64,000 bases of DNA from Lingula anatina. Its lineage: Eukaryota > Animalia > Brachiopoda. Below the pieces are notes generated by a model. That model worked only from the letters and a program-made list of their open reading frames with translations, did no database searches and was not told the origin of the DNA. The stretch is taken from contig JBPQGU010000016.1 in NCBI GenBank assembly GCA_051362555.1, positions 2,232,001-2,296,000 on the forward strand. The letters are read 5' to 3'. Positions 10,692 through 31,000 of this stretch are shown one piece after another. Numbering within the stretch: position 1 is the first letter of the stretch; each line of letters begins with the position of its first letter. A program made the position numbers and the translations under genes.

Positions 10692-12042
10692 CTCTGTTGT
10701 TTACGTCTGTGACCTTTTAAAATATCGCACCTTTGACCTCGATAAGGGATTCAATCGCGTCATCGGGTCGAAAGCGGGGATGTTTAAACCGCGTGGGTTT
10801 GAGGAGTGACATGAGATTTGTCTACTGACTGTCAGGCAGCTGCTGAATCAGACAGCTGCTGGGCCATGAAAGCGAACGGACGTTAAAGAGAAGGTTTATC
10901 CAAATATGCACATAACCAACTATAAAAAAACACTAATTTTTACATTAAGAGACAAATAAAGCACATAATTTCAGCATTATTTTAGTGAGACGCACAAAAA
11001 AATGCGTATCCATAAGTGTAGATTAAATATTATATATAACCGGTTTTGCTTTCACTATAGCTAATTACCCAAGTGAATTTTATATTATGAAATTGTCAAT
11101 TCAAAATGTTTATTCTTTGTGATAAGTGTTCCCACCTATCGGTAGATGTAAGCATTCATATGCGACATACTATATAATGCGTGACTTTCTCGTTTCATAA
11201 TGCCCCCGTTTTATATCAAAGTTTTGCAGGGTGTGTCACAAACCAGTATTGATTTAAGACAGGTCACCGAAACGGTTCCCTTCGTCAATCACTGGCAAAA
11301 TGTGGTGGCAGCGGTGTGTTACAACCCACTTTGAAAAAATTGCGCAATTTGAAAAAAATTTTTCAAATCGCGTCAAAAATGGGACAAAGTCAACGCGATT
11401 TGAAAAAATATTTCAAATTGCGTTAAAATCGTGGACAGACTCAACGCAATTTTCAAACGTAGTTTTCAAACGTCTAGTATTGTATATTCGTATATTCAAA
11501 ATTTTCATCATTTGGTGAAGAAAAAAAACATCTTTGAGGATATACATTGATGTAATATCGAAAACGGTTACTCATGGGCAGATACTTCGACTGCAAATTT
11601 AAGCATTCCGTTGTTTGACTACAGCAAATAATAACATGGCGAAATATATACATATAGAGACACATCTCTGAAATATCTTTATTTGAACGGCATATTCAGT
11701 CAATATGCCGAAATTTACACCAGAGTGACATACTGTATGCGTCACAATACAGTTACAAAAAATTACAACCGGTAGTCGGCAGTTAAGTTCACTGCTACTG
11801 ACAGAGTCAGCATTTCAAAAACAGGTAATAAATAAATAAACAACAATTAAGCCAGCGGTCGATATACAAGTCTGTATCCCCCAGAAAGCCGCAGGTCAAC
11901 ATGGGGGTGTCCAATAACCGGTTCCAATACCCCAACTGTGCTCGATGGACACCACAATTCCGGTTTGGTGACAAGGTTCCAAAAGGTCACAGCAAGGTCA
12001 CAATAAGGTCACAATACGCTACTCCAGGTCAACGCACTATTT

Positions 12043-12366
12043 TCATTCGCCAGTTTGAATATCTGGGTCTTTATATATGCTTTCGTCCCCAGAATCCCGC
12101 ATAGATAATATCAAGGTCACCACACGGTACCCAATCACCAATAAAAATGGCGAAAGGTCAATCAGCACGAGAAGTGCTATAGCTATGTACTTTAATGATG
12201 GGTGGAGTATGTCTGGGCTGAGGGGTATAATCCATGCCACTCCGACGTTAACGCCAATGACCAGTATAATGATAACAACGAAGAGAAGACTTGCACAAAA
12301 TGTACTTCTCTTGCTGCGCCCGCTCGTAAGTAGGCGGTTTTCATCTGAAGTTTCAGATGGGAACAT
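12043..12366 (-). CDS. Small two-TM membrane protein of unknown family (paralog 1, 107 aa)
   Basis: Two hydrophobic stretches. Shares N-x3-AWIIP-x-S, P-x-L[KR]Y[IL]A and D[LF]SPF[LI]LVI with the ORF at 15093-15365. Confidence 0.75.
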   Translation of the reverse strand: MFPSETSDENRLLTSGRSKRSTFCASLLFVVIIILVIGVNVGVAWIIPLSPDILHPSLKYIAIALLVLIDLSPFLLVIGYRVVTLILSMRDSGDESIYKDPDIQTGE

Positions 12367-12383
12367 TTTGTCATTAATATACT

Positions 12384-12572
12384 GTCTGAGTAATGTTGTC
12401 TTGTCTGAGTAAGGTTGACCTACGGTCTGAGCAATGTTGACCTACGGTCTGAGCAATGTTGACCTACGGTCTGAGTAAGGTTGACCTACGATCTGAGCAA
12501 TGTTGACCTACGGCCTGAGTAATATTGACCTTCCGTCTGGGTAAGGTTGACCGTCTTCGTAATGTTGATCTC
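12384..12572. repeat. 22-bp tandem minisatellite (~7-8 copies) just upstream of the paralog 1 start codon
   Basis: Repeated unit gtctgagcaatgttgacctacg with variants. Confidence 0.9.
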
Positions 12573-15092
12573 CTCCCTGAGTTGAGTCTATTATCTTACC
12601 CTGCCTTGTGGCAAGACATATAGTACATACACCGACACAGTTGATTCCTCATGAGAATGCTGATCAGAAGTATTGATTTGCATTTCCAGATAGCGCGCAA
12701 TTTTGCTTTCGGTTTTCTTCTTTGTTCGTTGAGCAAAGTCCTGTGTTCTTTATAGTATTCACATTTCCAGTTGACTAGCTGGATGCATACTGAAATTACT
12801 TTGACACTGACTGGCGCTCGACCTTGTACATCTACACTAGGTTAATACAGTCTTCCTGTGAAATCTGAAATTCATTGATATTTATTTGTCGTTTTTTATT
12901 TTTGTTAACAAAAACCCATGATATATTATATGTTCAATACTGATAATTTGTTATCTGTAAATGACTAAATAAATAATATTCAATTAATAGTCAAACCACT
13001 CCCTTCTGTGTTCTTTATTTAACTTAAGTGTTAATATTTATGGAGAGGGTTGAAGATTTTGGTATTTTAAACCAGAAAGGGAAAAACATCCAAAATAAAA
13101 TATTTCACTTTTTAAGGGAAAACCAAATGGAAAACGCTGGTACAGGTACCCGTGACAACAGTGATGAGAGTCAAAGAAAATTAGCCTAATACTTTGGTAG
13201 ATGTATGTTGAATGAAAATGATAGACTTCTAAATTGCTACTGTGATGGTACAAATCCCTTATTTAAACATACATTAAATGCATCTGTTAACATTTATCAC
13301 ATCGCATTCTCTGCGTAAATAATCCATATGCAAACAAGCAGGCGATGTCAAACATGACTCAAACGGGGACTCGACGCTGTGTCTTTGCTACACATATGTT
13401 ATGTTTATGTTTAGTATGGGGGGGGGCATTACCATCTTCCAAAACCACAATCCACACCTTCCAAAATGTTCACTTGCTATTAGCCAGATATGTGTTTGAG
13501 TCTAATTATTGTCAAAATTCTCTACTTTGGAAATTTTGGAACGGAATATCATTATTCAGTTGACCTCTAGTATGGAGAAGCTGGTCATTCAAGACACAAA
13601 AATACCGACGGTAAAACGTGGAGGGTGTGCAGCAAAAATATGTTATGGGTGGACAATGGTTGACAGCCGTGGTTGCACGTGACTTAATATATTCTAAGTG
13701 TTTATTTTATTAAGTGTTCAGCATTTGGCTTAAATACGTGAACAGGATCTCCTGACAGCCCAAGGTCCAGTGATTTGAAATAACAAGTGCACTTGTATTA
13801 CAGTATTATACATCCATCTGCGAAGCGAATAATTCGCATAGTGAAATTCTTTACAGTATTACACGCCTAGAAGTATAAAAGAGCAGCGCCTTAATAGATG
13901 TAATACCAACGTCATACAACATGTTTACTTACTTCTATGAAATGTACCAGGATTCATGAATGCTGTGCCCGAAGTCGGTCGTCTACCAGCCAACCATATA
14001 CCAGGGAAGATATTTGTGAGATTTGTATACAGATTAGATCAAAACACAGATACATGTAGTCCAAGGTTTACCTCAGTGGTCGAGAGATGGTTTTGACTTC
14101 TTCAGTGTTTTTGTATCGACCCGCCACAAATCTTACAATTCTAGGCGAAAATCGGGGAAATCAGTGTCATTACAAGAAAACAGGAGAAATCTCGCTGGTC
14201 TCTTTGGTCACATTGACCTGTCACTGAAAGCGTCCAATATCCACTTTCTCCAGCACAGCTACAGCGCGACTAAGATCTTAATTACACCACGTGATCTTTT
14301 GCTAGCCACAAGCGTCTATGTTCAGTGACAATAAATCACGCGTGAGCACGAAGAGGTGAAGTGGAGTCCCTTACACGCGTCTCCAACCACAGACAAGATA
14401 ATAACGTTTAATTCATTATGTGGTACATATTGGTGTTACGTGCAAGAGAGTCCCTGTGATACAGGATCCTGTTCACATTGATTTGAACAAGTAAGCATTG
14501 TCCTGGTTTTCAGATAGTTTGACCCACTTACGTCACGCTAACCATACCCTGTACGGATCTAATGGACCCTCATTTTTTTCCTTTTTGTTTTTTTTTTCAC
14601 TTAAATATAGTGTAGTACACATTGGGCGGATACAGTGCCTGGGTATTCCCTGGTACATAGAGGTGCAATCAATTTCTTGGGTCTGATTGATATTTATTCA
14701 AAGTAGATTGGATTTTTTTTCAAAAATATTCCTGTTTTAGGCTTCAGCTTTTTCGTCTCTTTTATTTTATCTTATTTCATTCTGGATATATAAGTCATTT
14801 AATAATCATTTTCTGATTGATTATTAAATGAATTAATTTGGTTAATATACAAACAAGTCATCTCGTGGTCACAAATCCATATCAAGGATCACATCCACAC
14901 AATTGAATAGTAAAATGAGTTAAAATCATAAAATCTAGGTGCACATAGGTGTTGTGTTGTTGATATCTTAAAATCCAAGTTTTCGATGGCCGTCATTTTT
15001 TATTGCCCACAGTTTTTCGATTAATCAGTGAGTAACGCAATATATGTATCATGCTGGCATATACAGCAGTGCATCAGCCCCGTGCACTCTGC

Positions 15093-15365
15093 CTAGTAAG
15101 TTTTCAAAACATCTTTAATAGCCACCGCAATCACTAGGATAAACGGCGAGAAATCCACTGCTATCACTATGACGGTTGCTAGATATCTTAATGCTGGGTA
15201 TGACACGCTGTACGGAATTATCCAAGCAAACACTATGTTGATGACAATTACGCCCAATATCAGAGCAATCCGCGAAATAAAAGACCAGTTCACCCTTGAC
15301 CTTGACGTAAGCCTTCCTCGATGCAGTGACATCTCGACGTCACCGGTGCTTGCTGAGAATTCCAT
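15093..15365 (-). CDS. Small two-TM membrane protein of unknown family (paralog 2, 90 aa)
   Basis: Same motifs as 12043-12366. Candidate upstream acceptor gtccacatag near 15461. Confidence 0.75.
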   Translation of the reverse strand: MEFSASTGDVEMSLHRGRLTSRSRVNWSFISRIALILGVIVINIVFAWIIPYSVSYPALRYLATVIVIAVDFSPFILVIAVAIKDVLKTY

Positions 15366-16372
15366 TGCTTTTGTTTTGGTTTGGTGAGTGACGTCAGTGA
15401 GTAGATGACGTTCTACATGGTGATGTCACCGTTCAATGCTCCTCTGCTACTCGGAAGGTTCTATGTGGACAAAATACAACAAAGTGTTACTTACTCCCTG
15501 ACAGTGAGTTAAAATAGATCACTAATCATTATTAGTTTGTTGAAGACTAATCGAAAATGTAGGCGCTATGAGTAGAATTAATTAATTAATTAATTTTTAT
15601 TTACTCAAACTTTTTTACTCCGAAGTTTATATATTTAAAAACATCGCCAAGTAACTCCTCTCAAATATCTTATTAACAGAAAAAATCGTGAAGATATCTT
15701 CATTTATGCACCTGCTCCGACAAACTCAAATCTTAACAAGGTGAAATGCAAATTACAAGCTGAGCAATGATTTATGTATGAATAAATACTGGATAGCTCC
15801 CTAGTCACACGTTTTAACTGTGAGGTTATTTAGAGCATGGTACATTAAAATGCGTCTCTACTTGATAATATGACATGTTAAATAGGCACAGGGAGTTTTG
15901 CACCAAAATTTTAACTTTCCTCATAAGTTTACCTCTTTCTCACGAGTGTATAATCCACCTACATTAGTTCTAGAAGCAGCCTAAGCCATTCAGACCTCCT
16001 TTAGTTTTCCTGCTATTACAAAAGGAAATATCGACTACGTGTTTTTATTTGAGAGAATTTACCGTTTTTCAAGGTCTAAGTTGGTAAAGATAAGCACAAT
16101 GAAACTTTAGAGAATTTTCAAATAAAATGGGATATTGGGACAGTTTCAAATGCGCATAAGACACTTTTAATACGAATACAAGAAAAAAACGCCCTGCACT
16201 CCCCTCCCTTCCTGGACAGTTCCTTCCTTCTTGGACTTTACTTCTTTCGGATTTTTTTGTGCCGGGATAACCTTATCGAATTCCTTTGCGTCCTTGCTAG
16301 CTTGTCATACTACGGCAAAACATGTTGTTTTGAACACAACACACACACGACCCACAACGCAGACCGAGGAAC

Positions 16373-16377
16373 AGAGA

Positions 16378-16447
<70 letters not shown>
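16373..16447. repeat. (GA)n microsatellite
   Basis: Direct reading. Confidence 0.95.
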
Positions 16448-16459
<12 letters not shown>

Positions 16460-16957
16460 TAGAGAGAGGGCCAGTGGGAGCGAAAGTGGCAATTAAAGAA
16501 ATGAAGACACTTTCTGTTCATGATAACTGAACCTACATTTGTTACCAAGTGCCCGTGCCCTCGAAAAGGTTATCTCTGGTAAATCCTCCGCAGTACGACC
16601 TTCAGAGCGTCCCCTGTCAACTATCACTTCTTAATGCATGGATCTGTACTTAACAAATTGCTGGACACGTATGCTGGTACACTATGGTGCACGTGTTTTG
16701 AAATAAAGAATGCTTCGTCAAGTCGAACCAGTTATCCTTTATAATCCCCATAGTTTCAATTTGGTTTTATGTACACAGAGGAAAATCGCAAAGAAAGACG
16801 CAAGGTACATGTAATTTAGTTTAACGACGCTGTTAATAACGATAATTGCATCCCGTCTGTATACATTATGGGGGAGGGGGTACTAGTACGTGAATAAGTA
16901 ACCATATAATCGCAGAGCTGCCATATAAGAAAGGGTACAACGTGATTTTTACATGAC

Positions 16958-16988
<31 letters not shown>

Positions 16989-17054
16989 AAAACAAAAATT
17001 CCGGATCCGTCGGAATTCGAAAAAGGCAAAGGCTGCTCGCCTACAATTTATAAA

Positions 17055-17091
<37 letters not shown>

Positions 17092-17320
17092 AAAATAATG
17101 GTGCAAACAATTTTTCGTTAGTGCGTAGACTCTTACGCAATGATAATCAAATGCGCAATAGTTTATTTACGTAACAGTTATAACCCTGATTATAACCTAG
17201 TTAGATATGGGTTATGGGGTGTCCCTATCGGTCACATATTTTCAGGGTCAAAAAGTCCTTAAGTTATAGCGAGTACACAAGATACGCTTAGTTAACATCT
17301 AGTTCATCGAGGGGCGGTGT

Positions 17321-18940
17321 ATGGACTGTATACCCAGGTATCTCTCCAGCAATATGATGCAGTACCCATTGTATGTAGTATTATGGGTGGCATTGCTGCA
17401 CGGGAGAAGCGCCTGTCTTGGTGCGAAGATATTCATGTTGCCGTACACGCAGGTGTTCAACTCCCGGACGCTGAACATGGAGAAAATCGCCCGTCTTCTC
17501 ACTGACCGCGGCCACTCGGTCACAATGATGGTGGCTGACCACTACAAACCACGGACAAACATTGGCGGCGTGTCGCTGGTCAGATTTGAGACACCCAAGC
17601 TGGAGGTGAACAAAGCGGGGGAGTTGGCCTTGGATACGACCATGAGCTCTGTTTACGAGGGTCTCGAGAAGATGATGGCGGCAATGGACGAGATGGAAGA
17701 AGCTTTCTGCCTTTTTTTATTAAGAAACGAAACAATGTTGCAAGAATTGAAAGCGACCAATTTTTCGTTGTTTCTCTTTGACTTGGTCAATTTGGGATCT
17801 GGTCCCCTACTAAACGACTTTTTAGAAATCCCGTCCATTGCATACTCCAATTTAGGATTCTGGGACCCGTGGCACGTGTTTCGCCAGCCGGTGTTTAAGT
17901 CCTTCACACCGGCCATTCCCGGGGGCTACTCCGACCACATGACGTTTTGGGAAAGACTCCACAATTCCGACATAGAAAACGAAGTCAACGATTGGCTAGA
18001 CAAGAAAATAGAACGCACAGATGCCATGGTGTTGGAGTATTTTCCAAAGAAGCCTTGGCCCCCCATGAAGAGAGCATTTGAAAGAGTTTCTCTGATGATT
18101 GCCGCCAATGTCGACTTCGCTCTGGATTATCCCAGACCGGTCATGCCTCACGTTAAACCAATCTCTGGACTTCTTTGGACACCACCCAAACCTCTGCCAA
18201 AGTTTTACCAAGACTTAATGGCGTCTAGGCGTCATGGTGTTGTCGTGATGAGTTTCGGTACCTTAGTAGCAGAACTTACCGAGGAGATGGCGGAAGGCAT
18301 CGCAAGAGTGTTCGCCAAACTACCTCAAACTGTCATCTGGAGATACAAGGGACCTGTTCCGAAGTCTCTTGGGAAAAACACGCACCTGGTCGACTGGTTT
18401 CCACAAAACGATATCCTTGCGCACCCTGCCACGAAACTCTTCATCACCCACTGTGGGGTCAGTAGCACATGGGAAACCCTGTATCACGCCGTCCCCGTTG
18501 TGGCTGTCCCGTTAATTTGGGATCAGCATCAGAACGCCAGAAAACTCACAGACAGGTGCAAAATTGGAGTATCTCTCAGCTTCCTGACTTTCACTGAGGC
18601 GGACTTCGAGAGCGCCATACAAAGAGTTCTTAACAACAGGACATACAAGGACAACGCCGTTAAAATATCCGCGCTTTTAAAGGACCAACCCATGTCGGGC
18701 CAAGACCAATTGCTGTTTTGGATAAACTATGTTATACGTCACAACGGGACCCTCCATTTTCACTCCCAGGCTTCCTACAATCTTAACTGGTGCCAGTATT
18801 TCTTAGTTGACATTATTGCCTACAAGATAGCAGTTATATGTTTACACTACATCTTTGTGTTAGCCAGTGCACTTTTGTTTTGGAAATTACTAAAATACAC
18901 ATGGTTTTTATATTCAAAACAGAAGAAAAAAGCAGTTTGA
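17321..18940 (+). CDS. UDP-glycosyltransferase (GT1/UGT family), intronless, 539 aa
   Basis: Signal-peptide-like N terminus, RGHSVT, UGT signature WFPQNDILAHPATKLFITHCGVSSTWETLYHAVPVVAVPLIWDQ, C-terminal TM helix and dilysine ER-retrieval tail KKKAV. The true start may be a downstream Met. Confidence 0.96.
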   Translation: MDCIPRYLSSNMMQYPLYVVLWVALLHGRSACLGAKIFMLPYTQVFNSRTLNMEKIARLLTDRGHSVTMMVADHYKPRTNIGGVSLVRFETPKLEVNKAGELALDTTMSSVYEGLEKMMAAMDEMEEAFCLFLLRNETMLQELKATNFSLFLFDLVNLGSGPLLNDFLEIPSIAYSNLGFWDPWHVFRQPVFKSFTPAIPGGYSDHMTFWERLHNSDIENEVNDWLDKKIERTDAMVLEYFPKKPWPPMKRAFERVSLMIAANVDFALDYPRPVMPHVKPISGLLWTPPKPLPKFYQDLMASRRHGVVVMSFGTLVAELTEEMAEGIARVFAKLPQTVIWRYKGPVPKSLGKNTHLVDWFPQNDILAHPATKLFITHCGVSSTWETLYHAVPVVAVPLIWDQHQNARKLTDRCKIGVSLSFLTFTEADFESAIQRVLNNRTYKDNAVKISALLKDQPMSGQDQLLFWINYVIRHNGTLHFHSQASYNLNWCQYFLVDIIAYKIAVICLHYIFVLASALLFWKLLKYTWFLYSKQKKKAV

Positions 18941-19049
18941 TATAAATAATGCATATATTTTATTCCACGAAATTAATTCGTATGATGGCCCATACAAAAA
19001 TATACCCTTTCCCAAAAATAGCATAGCAAAATTAGCTCATTGGCTTAAA

Positions 19050-19052
<3 letters not shown>

Positions 19053-19114
<62 letters not shown>
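19053..19114. repeat. (TA)n microsatellite
   Basis: Direct reading. Confidence 0.95.
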
Positions 19115-19117
<3 letters not shown>

Positions 19118-19504
19118 AACATCAATTATGTTATAACAAGTAGAAAATTTTATTGGCATATGCCAATTTGAAACTATTCTATCAATTAATTAATTAATCC
19201 AAAATTTGCAAATCTAATTTGCATCTTCTGATAATCCATATAAAGGCATTTTCTCTCAAACATATCTTGAACCAGCCCAAGTCAAAGGCACAAAATAACA
19301 TTTATAGTCTTTTACAAAAAATAAATCTGATGCATAATTACGTAAATGCCACTCAATTTCAGTGATTTAAATCTGACAATCTCTGGCAAAAATGATCAAT
19401 TATATTGTTTTTTTTAATTGAAATTGTATTGTTTTGTTACTTCTTTTTTGCTGTCAAATACTGGATAAATCACTTTTGCACTTCTTTAAAAACTAGTCAA
19501 CTTT

Positions 19505-27156
<7,652 letters not shown>

Positions 27157-28014
27157 ATTCTCCTGTACCCTGGACACCCCTCTTTCAACCGTGGAGCCTG
27201 GTTGACCTAGATTCACTAAAAGATGACCTAGTTTTTGTAAGATCGCTTATAATATGCTTAAAACCTTGAGACAAAGTGAACATCTTGACCCAAAACGATA
27301 TATTTAAACTTCTCAAATGACAGATACTGGCTATTATAGGCCATTTTTATTCATTTTTATGAAATGTGCATGAACTTTGATTTCATTGTTTTTAATGTTT
27401 TAGGTGGCTTCACCACATGTGTCGTACCTCTTCGTAGCTCGCCATTGTTTTTTGGTAGGAATGTTTTGGATGTAAAATTTCTTGACCAATTTCAGTCGGG
27501 TTAGGAGTAAGTACGTGTTAGAGACCATACATGCTTTGTTTCGATACTTAGCCAGGTGATTATTTCCTTTTATGCTTTGGTGCAAATATCAAGAAACATG
27601 CAATCATGTAAATATTGTTTACACAGATGAATTGAATTGAACATTGTTTTTCTTGACATACAAAAAACATTGTCAGCGTGTTGTACATGCACATGTTGCG
27701 ATGTAGTAGTAATGTTGATTGTTTCCCCTACAGCTGTGGTAAAATTATGTTAAAAATAGAAAACACGTGGTATGTGCATGTGTCAACAGGTTTCATTTCT
27801 TGATCATGTAAATGTTGCTGTCAGACAAAATAATAAATGATTAAGCCCAGTCACAAATAATTAAAGTACAAGTATTTGCTTTTATACAAGATTAACTATT
27901 TCTCTGGTTATTTATCAATCTCAACATATATAAGTGTATGGCAGTTTATTTCAGCTCTTGTATTACATTTTCACCTCACTGTTCTTGCATTTTTCCAGAC
28001 ACCCTGTTACCACC

Positions 28015-31000
28015 ATGCGACTTCTGACTTTATACAGAGGGGCGCGTCTTCTGAGAAACACTACCACTCTCAGGGTGCAACCTCAACAGCGATACCTGTC
28101 ACATGGTGAGGGATTGGTCTTGTCTTAAGAATTGCCCTCTGGTGGACATGTTGTATCTTTTGAGTGCTATCTACTGGTTGTAACTTGTTTTCATTTTCAC
28201 TTTCACTTTTACAACTAGCCCATTTACTAAGATAAGAAGATTTTGTATTTAATGTTTTTATTATTATATCTGTTGTAATGGTCACATTGGGTCATTTAAC
28301 TGCCATCTCTGACTATAGCTTCACTTCAGTTTCACTTGCCCCTTTAATCAACATCTACCCCAGGCTTAGAAAACTTAAACTGACTGGTGAAACAAAAACA
28401 AGCAAAAGACATCACAAAATGGAAAAAATGAAAAGGTGTATAGGGTTTGAAACTTGTTAACAATACTTATACAGGGAACACTTGCTCTGTGAAAAATATT
28501 ATTATTAAGAAACAAATTCCTCTGTTCCAGGACTTCTCCAGTACTCTAGGGAGGTGTCACAAGCCTTGCAAAACGACATCCCAGTGGTAGCCTTGGAGAG
28601 CACGATCATAACACATGGGATACCATTCCCACAGAATATACAGTAAGCTATCATAACACATGGGATACCATTCCCTCAGAATATACAGTAAGCACTGTTA
28701 TAACACATGGGATACCATTCCCTCAGAATTTACAGTAAGCACTGTTATAACACATGGGATACCATTCCCTCAGAATATACAGTAAGCACTAACATAACAC
28801 ATGGGATACCATTCCCTCAGAATATACAGTAAGCACTATCATAACACATGGGATACCATTCCCTCAGAATATACAGTAAGCACTATCATAACACATGGGA
28901 TACCATTCCCTCAGAATATACAGTAAGCACTATCATAACACATGGGATACCATTTCCTCAGAATATACAGTAAGCACTATCATTACACATGGGATACCAT
29001 TCCAGTGATTGCGAAAGCCGTCGGACCACGGCCATATGCCGGCAAAAGTTCTGTGGGCTGGAAAACCCTTTTAACTCATCGGCCCACATGTCCGACGGAC
29101 TAAAGTCAGTTTCTTTAACAGACACCTCGCCTCATATTTGAATTTATCGTAAAGCTCTAAGTACGCACTATTCGCAAGTAAAACTTTAACTTGCGCCATA
29201 CTGGCGCGTTTTGTAATAAAGGTCTACGTACATTATGATGTCGCTTGAAGTGTGCGTAGCGATGGTGTGAGGGCTGACATGTGACCCGTTTCACAAAAAA
29301 ATGTATCGAAACTGAAACAACTACAGGTCAATGAAAAACGTACTGCTCAAGACTCTGAAAACAGGCCGCTCAAACTGCTTACGACTGGCCACGCGCGGAC
29401 CTCTGAGAACACCTAACTACACGTGCTGGGTAAACAAGTATGGCTTCCGTCGGACTGCATGTTGAGTAAACGATAAGTGAAAAGGAGAAATATTCATTTG
29501 CTTTTTAGATGGGTGCTCTTAACTAATTTTAACGGATATTTTAAGTCATATTGCGCCTTTAGCGGTCAAAATGAGGGACAACATCATTTTCCATGCGGAA
29601 AATCCGCAATGGCACAGTCAGGGTGCAAAACTGTCCATTACAGTATATTCATCTAAACTTTAGTCCTAGATATTGAATAAAAATTCTTTTCAGACTCTGG
29701 CCCGTAGCCAGGGATGGTTCAGGGGTTTCGAAAGAACCGCCTCTTATGCTGACAAAAGGTCCGCTCTTGGTAAAATTTGATCTAGGTACATGGCGTTTTT
29801 ATGGAAAAAGACCCTCCCCCCCCCCTTTTAAAATTGCTGGCTACGGGCCTGCTATGAGAGCAATAGCTTTATTTTACAATAAAAATGGGATTTGTCTACC
29901 TTTTCCATGTAGTGCAATTATTTGGCATAGTGCAATTATCAATTCTGAAGATTTTTCCATTAGGTACTGTACAATTTTTCAGACAGTATGTTTATTTTGG
30001 AAGATTTTTCCACACACTACAATTATTTAGGACTTCAGATGTAGCATTAAGCCTTTTTTCATTGATTTTAATCATATAAAAAATATTGAAATACAATGAA
30101 TTTTCTTTAAATAATTCACGGCACACATTTTTAAAAAATGGCACACTTTTTTTGACCAAGTGGGCCAAAATGGCCCGACCAGATTTTGACCCAGGACAAT
30201 CCCTGCTAACAGACAAGCATTTTTCCAAGAGTGAAAATCTAAAAAACGTTACAAAAGTTGGAAGCTCCACTTCACTATGACTTACGTTTTAATTTAAGTC
30301 AAAAATTGGAATAAAATTTACAAAGGATACATGATCTTGTGTTAAAAGATTAGAAATTAAGATAGGCAACCCAGATGTAAAAAGGATAAAACTTAAATGC
30401 CAGAAAGCAACCAAAATGAAAGACGTTTAAACTTAAACCTTTAAACATCCTATTACATCTGGCCTGAAAATTAAAAAGCAACGATTTAAAATGCCAGACA
30501 ATAATATTCATCAAAAATGAAGTGAAAATATACAGCTTGATTATTTTGTTGTGGGCCGGTAAAAAAAGGTGTGGGCTGACAAAATTTAATTTGCTCCAGC
30601 CCACATGTCTGGTAAGTTTTCAATCTCTTTCGCAATCACTGCCATTCCCTCAGAATATACAGTAAGCACTATCATAACACATCGGACACCATTCCCTCAG
30701 AATATACAGTAAGCACTGTCTTAACACACGGGATAAACAGTAAGCAACTGGGAAGATGATTAATGTTGAATAAACAAAGATGGGAAATAGAAAGGGGCTG
30801 GGAGGGGTTTCAGGGAGCTCCCCCCCCTTCTCTCTCTCTCTTTTCCCTTCACACCCACAAAGTTACATTAAGGGTGGCTTGATTCCACCTCCATCTTGAT
30901 TTAACAGATAACTAATATTTTGATACTTAGTCTACATTTTACACAGATATCATCTGCATACTTTGATTGCACATAAGAGGGATGCAGAATAAATTTCCTG

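Larger units (their letters stand above)
28608..30745 (+). repeat. ~47-bp tandem array derived from the exon 2 3' end plus splice donor (~10 extra copies), split by a transposon
   Basis: Unit ataacacatgggataccattccctcagaatatacagtaagcact(a/g)t at 28608-29002, resuming at 30642-30745. Confidence 0.92.

Noticed and set aside
11323-11478. Palindrome-rich cgcgatttgaaaaa...ttttcaaatcgcg repeats
   Set aside because: Probably a small repeat-element fragment; no termini, TSD or RNA gene signature can be supported.
12077-12412. Plus-strand ORFs opposite the two-TM genes (also 15169-15387)
   Set aside because: Antisense shadows of hydrophobic codons; the conserved motifs are on the minus strand.
16231-16530. 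ORFs with ERERER or SLSLSL runs (likewise 32438-33016)
   Set aside because: Translations of GA and CA microsatellites.
28608-29002. Regular repeat array resembling CRISPR
   Set aside because: No unique spacers, eukaryotic intron, and the unit is a copy of an exon end.
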